From a virus (taxonomy: Duplodnaviria > Caudoviricetes), in IMG/VR virus record IMGVR_UViG_3300032218_000603, positions 1 to 26,351 of that record: a DNA stretch of 26,351 bases. One strand, written 5' to 3'. Within the stretch, counting starts at the first letter, position 1; the number at the start of each line of letters is the position of its first letter. Under the pieces are notes generated by a model that was not told the origin of the DNA, searched no databases, and saw only the letters and a program-made list of their open reading frames with translations. This document shows positions 8,733 through 17,003 of this stretch, in pieces. The position numbers and the translations under genes are program-made.

Positions 8733-9467
8733 TTAAACCCCAGTAATCGGTATTTGAGTGTAGTTATTGGGTATACCAATCAAGGCTGTTACCATCAAAG
8801 TGCTGCCCTGTAGCAACCCTCCAGCCGGTATAGCACTATTTACTTGATACGTGAAGACTGTAGCACTTACATAAGTGACGCTATAAAAGCCATCAGCTAG
8901 TTTATTTATTAGTCCTTCAACGGCAATTTGATCGTTATCTTTTAGATTGTGAGCAGAAGAAAACGTTACAGTTATTGTGCTTGTGCCACTTTGTGATGTT
9001 ACCGATAATGGGTTAAGCGTTACTCGATAATTTTTGCTATTAATCAATGGCATAACAGCACTTTGGTCTAACCCAATAGGCTTACCAATTACTTGCATTG
9101 TAACATTTTTACCATCTTCCGTAATAATGTCTGTGGTTGATGGGATTGGAATGCCTGTCCAAAAATCCGTTACAGTTGGTGCGCTCACTGCAACGTTGTT
9201 GGTGTTGTATAAATCATATGAATCTGGACGGGCATTCAACACAGGAACTGGGTCTTGTGTAGTCAAAATTGGCTTCAATTGAGGTTGTGGTTTGTCAGTG
9301 CATTTCTCACACACCAAGAACCGCAAGTTTTGAAGTTGCGGCCCACGGAAATCAAATTGAAACCGAAGTGCTTTATGGTTGTAAATAAAGCCACAACGGT
9401 CACACCGCCCCCATGCAGATGGTGCGCTTGCATTAACAAAGGCGTGGCCGTGAGGGCGGTACGCCAT
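8733..9467 (-). CDS. Conserved phage protein: N-terminal CxxC...CxxC zinc finger plus C-terminal beta domain
   Basis: CDRCGF...LVCEKCTDKPQPQL...DP.PV.NARP; C-terminal ITVTFSSAHNLKDNDQIAVEG...FYSVT...FTY module. Confidence 0.75.
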   Translation of the reverse strand: MAYRPHGHAFVNASAPSAWGRCDRCGFIYNHKALRFQFDFRGPQLQNLRFLVCEKCTDKPQPQLKPILTTQDPVPVLNARPDSYDLYNTNNVAVSAPTVTDFWTGIPIPSTTDIITEDGKNVTMQVIGKPIGLDQSAVMPLINSKNYRVTLNPLSVTSQSGTSTITVTFSSAHNLKDNDQIAVEGLINKLADGFYSVTYVSATVFTYQVNSAIPAGGLLQGSTLMVTALIGIPNNYTQIPITGV

Positions 9468-9469
9468 GA

Positions 9470-10396
9470 TTACGATACCCTAAAGTAGCCAGAAAGTCCG
9501 GGCATAATGTACAAAGGCACGTTTTCCGTGTCCTGCGTAGCAGCAATTGTATACGCTTGCTCCGCCTTTGCATCTAACATTTGAGCGCGTTCTGGAGCGT
9601 AAATAGCAGCCAATCTTGCAGCTAACCCTGATGCCATCGCGTCTAACCAACGATACGGGATATCTACCGTTTGCGCGTCAGTTAGTTCAGAATCCTGAAT
9701 TTGTGTGACAACATAATAGTTTAATGTGTATGTGTCAGTCTGATCAGGAACTGGCCAAACCGTAATAGTTGGATTGATTAAACGATCAAACCAAAACACC
9801 GTAGGTGGCGCTTGCAACAATTTGTTAGGAGTTTGGCTGTATTCCGTGCGTGAAATAGGCATGATGACACGGTCAAATTGCGATGAAGTGCCTGTATTTT
9901 GCTGAATAACAGCATCCAAAACCATAACAACTTTTGAAGATATTGATCCTTCAACATAGCCGCCGCTAATATAACCCGGCAAATTAGCCAAAATAGAAAT
10001 TAAATTTGGGCTTAAAATAGATGAAACTGTGTATGTTCCATTAATGCTTGTAGGGTTTGCATTAGAAATTGTAATAGTTTCTCCTACTTGATAAGTAGAA
10101 GTTCCGCTATAACCTATTTGAACATAAGAACCAACTTGCCCTAATGATGTTATTGGGGAAAAATTAACTGCATTGTAAGTAGATACACCCTGTACTAGTG
10201 GTATACTAAATAACTGAACTTCCCATAAATTTACCCCTTGGTTTGCCCAAGAAGAAAGCATTAGATTAGTTTCAAACCGCGCATCCGTCATATGCTCTTG
10301 CATAATAGCAGTTCTGCGAACACCACAACGCGCAAATGCATTCAAGACAATTTCGCCAAGCGATGGATTAAAATTGTATGTGCCGCTAGTAGTCAT
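9470..10396 (-). CDS. Head-completion / adaptor-like protein, 308 aa, with an inserted beta domain
   Basis: MTTSGTYNF...EIV..AF.RCG; NLMLSSWANQGVNLW; ISRTEY...PNK; ITVWPVPD; DIPYRWLDA...GLA.RLA. Confidence 0.7.
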   Translation of the reverse strand: MTTSGTYNFNPSLGEIVLNAFARCGVRRTAIMQEHMTDARFETNLMLSSWANQGVNLWEVQLFSIPLVQGVSTYNAVNFSPITSLGQVGSYVQIGYSGTSTYQVGETITISNANPTSINGTYTVSSILSPNLISILANLPGYISGGYVEGSISSKVVMVLDAVIQQNTGTSSQFDRVIMPISRTEYSQTPNKLLQAPPTVFWFDRLINPTITVWPVPDQTDTYTLNYYVVTQIQDSELTDAQTVDIPYRWLDAMASGLAARLAAIYAPERAQMLDAKAEQAYTIAATQDTENVPLYIMPGLSGYFRVS

Positions 10397-10405
10397 TTTC
10401 TATCC

Positions 10406-11203
10406 TTAGAAGATAGTGCCGTCATTCGCTACTAATACGCCGCCAATGTTAATGCTAACAGTCGCAGCGGCTGCTGCGCTTGACGCAACTTGAAAACGCA
10501 AATCTGTTTTTTCTGCGTATGGGAACGGAAATTCGCGTTGAATTGAATATTGCGTATTGAATGGAGTTTGAACGATCATTTTTTGAACGCCAGAAGAGGA
10601 GTTGGTAATAGCGCGGTAAGTTGTATAGTTTGCGCTATTGCCGTTAAACGATGAATAAGCGCCATATCTCCAACCATAAAATGTGTAACCAGCGGGGACA
10701 GTATAAACCGCCATTTGCGTTGCGCCTAAACTGCTTGTCGTGCCGTTAAACACGCCCGTATTGATTTGAGCGTATGTTACACCACCATTAATCAAGGTGA
10801 TAACACCAGATGGGTTTGTTGCACTTCCCACTGAAACAAACATACTATTGATGCGTAAGTATTGATTGACAGTTGGTACGTTGGTTGTGCCATTTAAAAC
10901 AAGGTTTTCCGTAATAACATTGTACCCGGAATTAAGTCCAACAATTGTAATTGTAGCAGTATCACCCGCTGCCGCACTAACAAGGTTCATTGTAACGGCT
11001 GATGAAGGAAATACGTATTCGGTTGAACCCATATTTTCCCAAACGGTGCGAAATAACCCAGCCGTTGCAGGAGTAGTTCCAAAACCAAAAATATTTGTGG
11101 AAGAGTGACCCGTTATTTGGTCACGCGAAACCTGTAATTGAAACGGCTCATAAACGCCGCGCTTGGTGATGGAATCGTTAATTACATATGCTTGGCTAAC
11201 CAT
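10406..11203 (-). CDS. Hypothetical virion-associated protein, 265 aa
   Basis: Long ORF in the operon; EPFQLQVSR.QI.GH motif; beta-rich composition. Confidence 0.75.
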   Translation of the reverse strand: MVSQAYVINDSITKRGVYEPFQLQVSRDQITGHSSTNIFGFGTTPATAGLFRTVWENMGSTEYVFPSSAVTMNLVSAAAGDTATITIVGLNSGYNVITENLVLNGTTNVPTVNQYLRINSMFVSVGSATNPSGVITLINGGVTYAQINTGVFNGTTSSLGATQMAVYTVPAGYTFYGWRYGAYSSFNGNSANYTTYRAITNSSSGVQKMIVQTPFNTQYSIQREFPFPYAEKTDLRFQVASSAAAAATVSINIGGVLVANDGTIF

Positions 11204-11231
11204 AATTACTTACCTTTTTTACGTGCTGCTT

Positions 11232-11477
11232 CTAGCAACCCCACTTGCGCAATGCCTTATTAACCCGGCTCTCCGGATCATGGGCATTCTTGTGATTTGT
11301 CATTTTAGATCGCATACCTTCCATCCGCGCACAAAATGAATGATGGCGGGCATTATGCGTATCTTTGGTGGGCGCTTTTAACGTGCCACCTGTTTCAGAG
11401 TGATATGAAGCCCTACCCTTGGCATTCAAGCCACCGGATGGAGATTTACCTTCAGACCTTGTCCATGCAGCAGTCAT
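11232..11477 (-). CDS. Small basic protein (resembles the DUF6321 family), 81 aa
   Basis: AWTRSEGKSPSGGLNAKGRASY...LKAP...SFCARMEGM...DPESRVNKALRKWGC; GGAGG SD. Confidence 0.75.
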   Translation of the reverse strand: MTAAWTRSEGKSPSGGLNAKGRASYHSETGGTLKAPTKDTHNARHHSFCARMEGMRSKMTNHKNAHDPESRVNKALRKWGC

Positions 11478-11488
11478 TTAAGCCTCCG

Positions 11489-11516
11489 AAGAAAGAAGGG
11501 GGCCGCAGCCCCCTTC
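11489..11516 (-). terminator. Intrinsic terminator after the His-rich gene
   Basis: Minus strand GAAGGGGGC-TGCG-GCCCCCTTC followed by TTTCTT. Confidence 0.7.
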
Positions 11517-11536
11517 CAGAGTACCGTATTGACGAC

Positions 11537-11968
11537 TTACGACTCGCCGGGCTCTACCATACGGCCAGCAGGGGTCTTAACCTTGTTGGCGGCAGAGAAC
11601 GGGCGCATCTCAGCACCTACTGCACCACCCGACTTACGGGCAGGGCGGTCAAGGCGGTGATGAGCGTGGTGACCGTGTACTTCAAGGTGCTTATGCGCCT
11701 TATGAGCCCGACCGCCGCGCTTACGCGAAGCGTGCTTTTCACCAGCTTCACGGTGCGTTGGCGAATTGCCGCCAGCGTATACGTCAGTTGGTTCTGCATC
11801 TTCGTCAACATGACCATGCATTGGCGACTCAACAGCACCGCCCTTTTTGTGAGCAGCGCGTTTCATGCTGTGCATGGAATGCTTCTTAACCATGTGATGA
11901 ACATGGTGGCCTTCGTGGTGAGCGTGATGACCGTGGTGTTCACCATGCATTTCGTGATGTTTAGCCAT
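11537..11968 (-). CDS. His-rich basic low-complexity protein with basic-x-x-GG motifs, 143 aa
   Basis: About 28 His; HKKGG, RKRGG and RKSGG motifs; GAGG SD. Confidence 0.8.
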   Translation of the reverse strand: MAKHHEMHGEHHGHHAHHEGHHVHHMVKKHSMHSMKRAAHKKGGAVESPMHGHVDEDAEPTDVYAGGNSPTHREAGEKHASRKRGGRAHKAHKHLEVHGHHAHHRLDRPARKSGGAVGAEMRPFSAANKVKTPAGRMVEPGES

Positions 11969-11978
11969 AATTTACCTC

Positions 11979-13127
11979 TTATGCTTGTGTGACACCAAAC
12001 AGACCCGCGAACGAACCCATATTGGCTGGTAGGATGAATTGACGAATGGCAAGACGCTTGGAAGCATCAGCCGCCGATTGTAGCGCATACGTTCCACGAA
12101 CGTCACCCGTGGTTGTCGTAGCAGGAGATGTGGTAACTGCTGCAACATATCCCGTATTTGCTGTGATCGCAGCAGAGTTGTAGTTAATTGCTACATCACT
12201 GAAGAAATCCGAACGAAGTGGGAAACCATAAATGTCGGTCGTGCCAACGCTATAAGTAATTGCGTTTGTAACGTTAGGCGTTACAGAAGCAATATACTTA
12301 AAGGCTTTTTTGCCGTTGGTCGTGGTGGAAGTTGTCGTGCTTGTAGGAACAGTAATCGCTTCTGTCATTGGTACGCCATAAATGTCGTAACCAGACACAG
12401 TAAAGATAACTTGTGCCGTGCTTGTGTTGGATACAGGAACAATGCTAACCGCACGAGAAACAAGTGCCTGTGGATTCCACAAATAGATAGTGGATGGAGC
12501 ACCGAAAGGCTGCGCTAAAGCAGTTGTTCCAGTAGCCTGAGCCGTCATCGTCGTGGAAGACGCAGTATCGTCACCCTGAACCGTGTAAGTGCCAACGCCA
12601 CCGGGAGCGCCGGTAAGCTGATTTACAATGGTTGCTCCAGTGTTAACGCCCGTACCCGAAAGGGTCATTCCGATGGAAATCGTACCCGTGAGGGACGAAA
12701 CCGTAAGAATGCTGCTGGCAATAACACCCGTGAAGGATGCAAAACCATCAACCATCAACAAGCCCGTAACCGTTGCACCAGTGTTATAGTTAGTGCATGA
12801 AGCATTAACCGAAACACCAGTACTGGTGGAGTTTGTCGAAACCAACGTCATTGCTGTGTTGGCCGTAGGTGCAGCAGCAGCCGCAATAGCAGCGGAACCT
12901 AGTGCATACGGAGCATAGCTAATTGTTTGAGCATCTGATGTAGCAAAACCAGCGGTGAATGCACCGGAGGCTTGGCCGGGGATGTAGTTAAAGTTTGGAC
13001 GTGGATCAATGCGGCCTACGCCGCCCCAAAAAAGGGACGGCCCAAGGTCGGGATTGTAGTCGGTTATTGTCCCAATCGTGTTTTGACCAAACGCGATATA
13101 TGGGCCGGAGTTTGCTGTAATAGACAT
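11979..13127 (-). CDS. Putative capsid-associated (decoration/head-fibre) protein, 382 aa
   Basis: Immediately after the MCP; T/A/S-rich; AAGGAG SD; TVSGYDIYG.PMTE and GKKAFKYI.SV motifs. Confidence 0.6.
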   Translation of the reverse strand: MSITANSGPYIAFGQNTIGTITDYNPDLGPSLFWGGVGRIDPRPNFNYIPGQASGAFTAGFATSDAQTISYAPYALGSAAIAAAAAPTANTAMTLVSTNSTSTGVSVNASCTNYNTGATVTGLLMVDGFASFTGVIASSILTVSSLTGTISIGMTLSGTGVNTGATIVNQLTGAPGGVGTYTVQGDDTASSTTMTAQATGTTALAQPFGAPSTIYLWNPQALVSRAVSIVPVSNTSTAQVIFTVSGYDIYGVPMTEAITVPTSTTTSTTTNGKKAFKYIASVTPNVTNAITYSVGTTDIYGFPLRSDFFSDVAINYNSAAITANTGYVAAVTTSPATTTTGDVRGTYALQSAADASKRLAIRQFILPANMGSFAGLFGVTQA

Positions 13128-13138
13128 AGTCTAACTCC

Positions 13139-14056
13139 TTACGAGGTTGGGAATGAACCGTAGATCGAACGCCAGTTGTAGTAGCCAAGGCTGTAACGCT
13201 CATAACCCTTAACCAGCAAGTTATCAGTCGTGAAGTCTACTTGCATGTCCATTTCGAATGGAATGCGCTCCATGTACACCAGACCCTTAATGTTGGTTAG
13301 CAAGAACCAAGCATAGTTAGAGGTCAAGAAGTCCATGACCATGTAGCCTTCAGGCAGACCGCCACCGGTAAAGAGGATCGCGTTGGTATCGTTATCGGCA
13401 GTACCCGGACGAAGTTGCGTCTTCGTAAGACGAATAGCAACTGGCTCAAGCGATGGAGGAACGATCAACTTACGACCACGGGCAAAAATCTTGATGCCAG
13501 CAATATCGCGGAAGTTCTGACGAATCGAAACCATTGCGTTGAGCAAGGTAGCTTCGTTCAGATCAACCTGAACCGTTGGGGTGTTTGCAATGGTCAGACC
13601 GCCATCGATAGGATGCGAGGTCGAGCAGAGTGCCACGCCGTCAGCGCCGATAGAAGCATTGTACGTTGTTGCCGTGTTAAGCACGTTAGCAGCGTAAATT
13701 TCTTTGGTCTGATGGAACGACTCAGTGAGGCCAAGGTTGGTTGGCTTAAACTGTGCCTTGTAGAGGTTGTCGTCGATTGCCTTACGGGTGATGGCGTAGC
13801 CAAGCGCAATTTCGTTATGCTCTTGGTTGTACACGTAACGCTCACCAGCGGCGTTATCAAACTGAGTGTTACCACCTTCTTGCTTCAACTGAGCAAGACC
13901 AAGGTAACGCATTTCAGCGGTGCGTTCCAAAGCCATGTTTGACTTGGTGATTTCAAACACCTTGTCGTACTGGGATGGAATCTGCGAATATTTACCTTCA
14001 ACTCCACGGAGGCCGGGGAGGAGAAGGTCACGAATCTGACTGAGATTAATAGCCAT
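13139..14056 (-). CDS. Major capsid protein (HK97 fold, Mu gpT-like), 305 aa
   Basis: LLLPGL; K.EG....FD...E; IALGYAITRKAIDDNLY; DGVALCSTSHP; DLNEATL; RKLIVPPSL; GTADND.N; AWFLLT; DF.T.NL..K..ERYS.G...WR.IYGS; AGGAG SD. Confidence 0.92.
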   Translation of the reverse strand: MAINLSQIRDLLLPGLRGVEGKYSQIPSQYDKVFEITKSNMALERTAEMRYLGLAQLKQEGGNTQFDNAAGERYVYNQEHNEIALGYAITRKAIDDNLYKAQFKPTNLGLTESFHQTKEIYAANVLNTATTYNASIGADGVALCSTSHPIDGGLTIANTPTVQVDLNEATLLNAMVSIRQNFRDIAGIKIFARGRKLIVPPSLEPVAIRLTKTQLRPGTADNDTNAILFTGGGLPEGYMVMDFLTSNYAWFLLTNIKGLVYMERIPFEMDMQVDFTTDNLLVKGYERYSLGYYNWRSIYGSFPTS

Positions 14057-14071
14057 TTGAACTTACTCCTA

Positions 14072-14683
14072 TTACGAGCCAGCCGTGAGGCGGAAGGACT
14101 GGTTATTGAAAGCAACAATGATGCGATTGTATGCAGTTGTGGTATCCGTGCCGTTTGCGCCGGGAGGGGCGGTTACGAGCGAAAGGATACGGAACGCATA
14201 AGTCGTCGATGTGCTGATGTTTGCTTGGTTAGCATAGGCCGTGGACTGACCAGTCAGAAGCTGGTAAGCGGCTGGCGAAGCTGGGGAGTTACCGGCGTAG
14301 TCAATGTTGCTGTTGACCTGAGCCTGAGTAACCGCAGCAGAACCCGACGACTGCACGTTGAACGTGGCCTGTGGGTCTACGATAACATAAGCGTTGATGA
14401 CGGTTCCGGTTGGAACGCTGGTGCTTGCGGGCCAATATGGCGACCAAACAACACGGTTAACCGAAGAATTGTAATATTCGCAGCCGATGAAAATGCCTAG
14501 AACGGCAGTTGTACCGGCAGCGCCAGCGATGACATAGCCGCCAGAAAGCTGTACGGGGTCACCGGAGAAGATATTTGAAGAATATGCAGATTGGATTTGA
14601 TACGTCGATTGGCCCAACGAGCCAGTGCGTCCGTCCAAAAATCCAGCAAGTACGAAACCATTAGGCGCAGAAGTGTTAGCCAT
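14072..14683 (-). CDS. Putative capsid decoration/cement protein preceding the MCP (start at 14683, MANTSAPNGF)
   Basis: AAAGGAG SD before ATG 14683; IFSGDPV, LGIFIGCEY and AYVIVDP.A.F.VQ motifs; position in the head module. Confidence 0.7.
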   Translation of the reverse strand: MANTSAPNGFVLAGFLDGRTGSLGQSTYQIQSAYSSNIFSGDPVQLSGGYVIAGAAGTTAVLGIFIGCEYYNSSVNRVVWSPYWPASTSVPTGTVINAYVIVDPQATFNVQSSGSAAVTQAQVNSNIDYAGNSPASPAAYQLLTGQSTAYANQANISTSTTYAFRILSLVTAPPGANGTDTTTAYNRIIVAFNNQSFRLTAGS

Positions 14684-14770
14684 AGGTCGCTCCTTTTCGG
14701 TAGGATACAATCAGACAGCGCGTCTTCAAATATCCAACGAGGGGAAGCCCACTACGGCGCGTAATGGAGT
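14684..14770 (-). promoter_or_regulatory. Structured 5' leader with two hairpins sharing an AC-GCGCY-GU cap
   Basis: UCCAUUAC-GCGCC-GUAGUGGG and GGAUAU..AGAC-GCGCU-GUCU..GUAUCC; the second stem abuts the SD. Confidence 0.6.
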
Positions 14771-14780
14771 TATATTTTTC

Positions 14781-14809
14781 CGTATAACACTGTATTCAAT
14801 CAAGTACAA
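14781..14809 (-). promoter_or_regulatory. Candidate sigma70-like promoter for the capsid genes
   Basis: TTGTAC-17 bp-TATACG with a TGn extended -10; lies just after a terminator. Confidence 0.4.
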
Positions 14810-14810
14810 T

Positions 14811-14840
14811 AGGAAAAGGGGGCTTTCGCCCCCTTTTTTT
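14811..14840. terminator. Intrinsic terminator, potentially bidirectional
   Basis: AAAAGGGGGC-TTTC-GCCCCCTTTTTTT; GAAA tetraloop on the minus strand; T/A tracts on both sides. Confidence 0.8.
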
Positions 14841-15426
14841 ACTGTCGTGGAATTTGCATTGGCTCGTAAGACTTCTTAACACCTGTTTGACGGCGGTCAC
14901 GTTCAAATGTACCCGCTGGCGAAAGGCCAAGTGCCTTCTCTTTCTGATGCACCAATTCACGGGCCGTTGAAAGTTCGCGATCCTGAGCCATGTTGGTGAT
15001 TTCTTTTGGACGCTCCATAAGAATCATGCCTTTTTTGCGGATTGCACCGCTATGACCAATAGGCATCATGCTCTTATGGCGGCGTGTATCAACAGGTTCC
15101 CAACCAGTTGAACGCATTTCAATCATATGCTGCTCATCTGTCATGCCAGAGATTGATTCGCGCTTCCAATTGTAGTCCCAACCCTCTGGAATGATACGTG
15201 GATCAATGTAAAACTCATCATACATTGACGGGTCAAGAGAATTGCCTTCCATTTGGGTGCGAAGTTCTTCTGCACGAAGGGCAGCTTCACGTAATCCACG
15301 GTTAACTGGTGCTACACCTAACTCTGGGGATGCTTCTTCAACGGTATTGTTCATGTTTTGTTCCAATGTTTCAACAATCGGGGTTCTTACTGGCCGTCCG
15401 GGGCCACGTTTAACTAATCCTGACAT
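14839..15426 (-). CDS. Conserved head-module hypothetical protein, 195 aa, with an N-terminal AT-hook-like motif
   Basis: KRGPGRP; core IPEGWDYNWKR.S..G...GWEPV...GMILMERPKE; GAGGA SD. Confidence 0.75.
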   Translation of the reverse strand: MSGLVKRGPGRPVRTPIVETLEQNMNNTVEEASPELGVAPVNRGLREAALRAEELRTQMEGNSLDPSMYDEFYIDPRIIPEGWDYNWKRESISGMTDEQHMIEMRSTGWEPVDTRRHKSMMPIGHSGAIRKKGMILMERPKEITNMAQDRELSTARELVHQKEKALGLSPAGTFERDRRQTGVKKSYEPMQIPRQ

Positions 15427-15435
15427 AAGCTATCC

Positions 15436-16371
15436 TCACAACATGTTCTTTTGTTTGTAATATAGCTTGTTTTCAAGGTATTCCTCGTCTGACATGTCCA
15501 GATCGCGGGCTGTTTCACGTTCCGATGGGCTTAAAGTCATCGTTATCTGCTGACCAGAGCGGAAAGTTTGCGCTGAATTGGTTCGCGATACAGGTGCAGC
15601 AGCCATAGCTTGGCGTTGACGCACATGTGGAGTAGATGTTTGACCCTGATCAGCACCGTAAACCTTGTTTTCAATGTGAGCAAAGTAGTCCGGAGTGTCA
15701 GGTTGAATGCCCATTGCAACACTTTCGTGGTGTGCGGCAGTCATAAGTGACGTTTTAACCGGATCAGCAAGCACATCACGATGCGAACGTAACCAAGATT
15801 GTGATGTTGGGCTCTGAACCGCTTGAATTTGTGCTTCAATTGGGTCAAGTTGCTGTTGTTCTATCCGTGGAGCGGGTTGGCGGCGCTGTTGTTCAAGCAT
15901 TTGACGTTCATATGTCAATCTTTCTTCAACAGCTTCACGCCCTTGAGCCAATTGCATCAAGCGTGATTCAGTTTGAGCCATCTGACGCTGTATTTTGGCG
16001 GCTCTTGAGTAATCACCTTCCGCCAAAGTGTTTGCATAGTCGCGTTCAAGCATCTCTGCATCGCGTTCAAAACTGGCAATCGCATTAACAAAGGCTGTTA
16101 ATTGATTATCCTGCGCTTGAACTTGATATGTTTTGACATCTTGCTGCGCTTTATGAGCATTTTGTTCCGCCTCAATGCGTTGACGGCGGTTTTCATCAGC
16201 CTCACGCTGTTTTTCACTAAGTTGACGGCGCAAAAGATCAACGCCATCGTCTTGTTTTTGTATTGGTGCAACCGATTCCGGTGTTTTTACTGCGCCACCA
16301 AGGTCAAAATCTGCCGCTTCAGGCACATTTGGAACGGTTACAGTAACGTTTGCGGCTTCAAACTCTGCCAT
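15436..16371 (-). CDS. Capsid scaffolding protein, 311 aa
   Basis: Long Q/E/R coiled coil; acidic; C-terminal LSPSERETARDLDMSDEEY helix-turn-helix; position between portal and MCP. Confidence 0.7.
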   Translation of the reverse strand: MAEFEAANVTVTVPNVPEAADFDLGGAVKTPESVAPIQKQDDGVDLLRRQLSEKQREADENRRQRIEAEQNAHKAQQDVKTYQVQAQDNQLTAFVNAIASFERDAEMLERDYANTLAEGDYSRAAKIQRQMAQTESRLMQLAQGREAVEERLTYERQMLEQQRRQPAPRIEQQQLDPIEAQIQAVQSPTSQSWLRSHRDVLADPVKTSLMTAAHHESVAMGIQPDTPDYFAHIENKVYGADQGQTSTPHVRQRQAMAAAPVSRTNSAQTFRSGQQITMTLSPSERETARDLDMSDEEYLENKLYYKQKNML

Positions 16372-16381
16372 TTTAATCTCC

Positions 16382-16780
16382 TCAGAATGCCATGTCTGGT
16401 TCAGGAATTGTCATCTTGATTTGCGTGTCTTGAATTACGTGACACAGCACACCGTTAATGTTCAATTTCCAACCATCCGATGAACGAAGCACAACCCACT
16501 CGCCTTCTTGGATATCTTGTCCAGCAAATGAGGTTTTGTCGTCATCTTGGAACGCAATTGGACCTTTTTTCAACACAAGAACTACCTTGCCCTGATATTC
16601 GTCTTCTTTGCGGATGCCGTCTGATAGGTAAAGGCCGGAGGCCGTCTTTTCGGGCCGCTTATATACGGCGCAAAGGATGTTGTTATGGTAAACATTTATC
16701 TTAGAAATGTCCCCAACAGCCATTCTTAACTCCTGTGCGGGGTCAACCGCATGGAGCATTTTCATAGTAGCAGTCTTCAT
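16382..16780 (-). CDS. groES: GroES-like co-chaperonin (Cpn10), 132 aa
   Basis: NNILCAV..RPEKTASGLYL mobile loop; VVLVLKKGP; IQEGEWVVL; G.KLNING. Confidence 0.85.
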   Translation of the reverse strand: MKTATMKMLHAVDPAQELRMAVGDISKINVYHNNILCAVYKRPEKTASGLYLSDGIRKEDEYQGKVVLVLKKGPIAFQDDDKTSFAGQDIQEGEWVVLRSSDGWKLNINGVLCHVIQDTQIKMTIPEPDMAF

Positions 16781-16782
16781 TG

Positions 16783-16995
16783 TTATCTCGCTTTTCTATC
16801 AATGCCGACGATGTCTTCCATCGTCTCTTTCGCCCAGATAAGTGAGTCGGATAGTCCTTTTAGATACCCAACCCGGTTTTTATATTCCTCGTAGTTTTGT
16901 GCGAAACCAGAAAGAATGCTCTCTTCGTGGTTTCGCTTTTCCTCTTCAATGCGCTCCTGCAATCTGCGGTAGAGGAGCAAGTCAAGTCCTGCCAT
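16783..16995 (-). CDS. Small helical hypothetical protein, 70 aa
   Basis: AAGGAG SD; LSG.AQNYEEYK..VGYLKGL motif; tightly packed in the operon. Confidence 0.8.
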   Translation of the reverse strand: MAGLDLLLYRRLQERIEEEKRNHEESILSGFAQNYEEYKNRVGYLKGLSDSLIWAKETMEDIVGIDRKAR

Positions 16996-17003
16996 AGAAC
17001 TCC

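Noticed and set aside
11206-11232. Out-of-frame EAARKKGK* after the DUF6321-like stop, as a possible gene remnant or frameshift product
   Set aside because: Too short to support, and the sequence also serves as the SD region of the next gene
13128-13160. Programmed frameshift or read-through extending the MCP
   Set aside because: No slippery heptamer near the stop, and the next gene has its own AAGGAG SD
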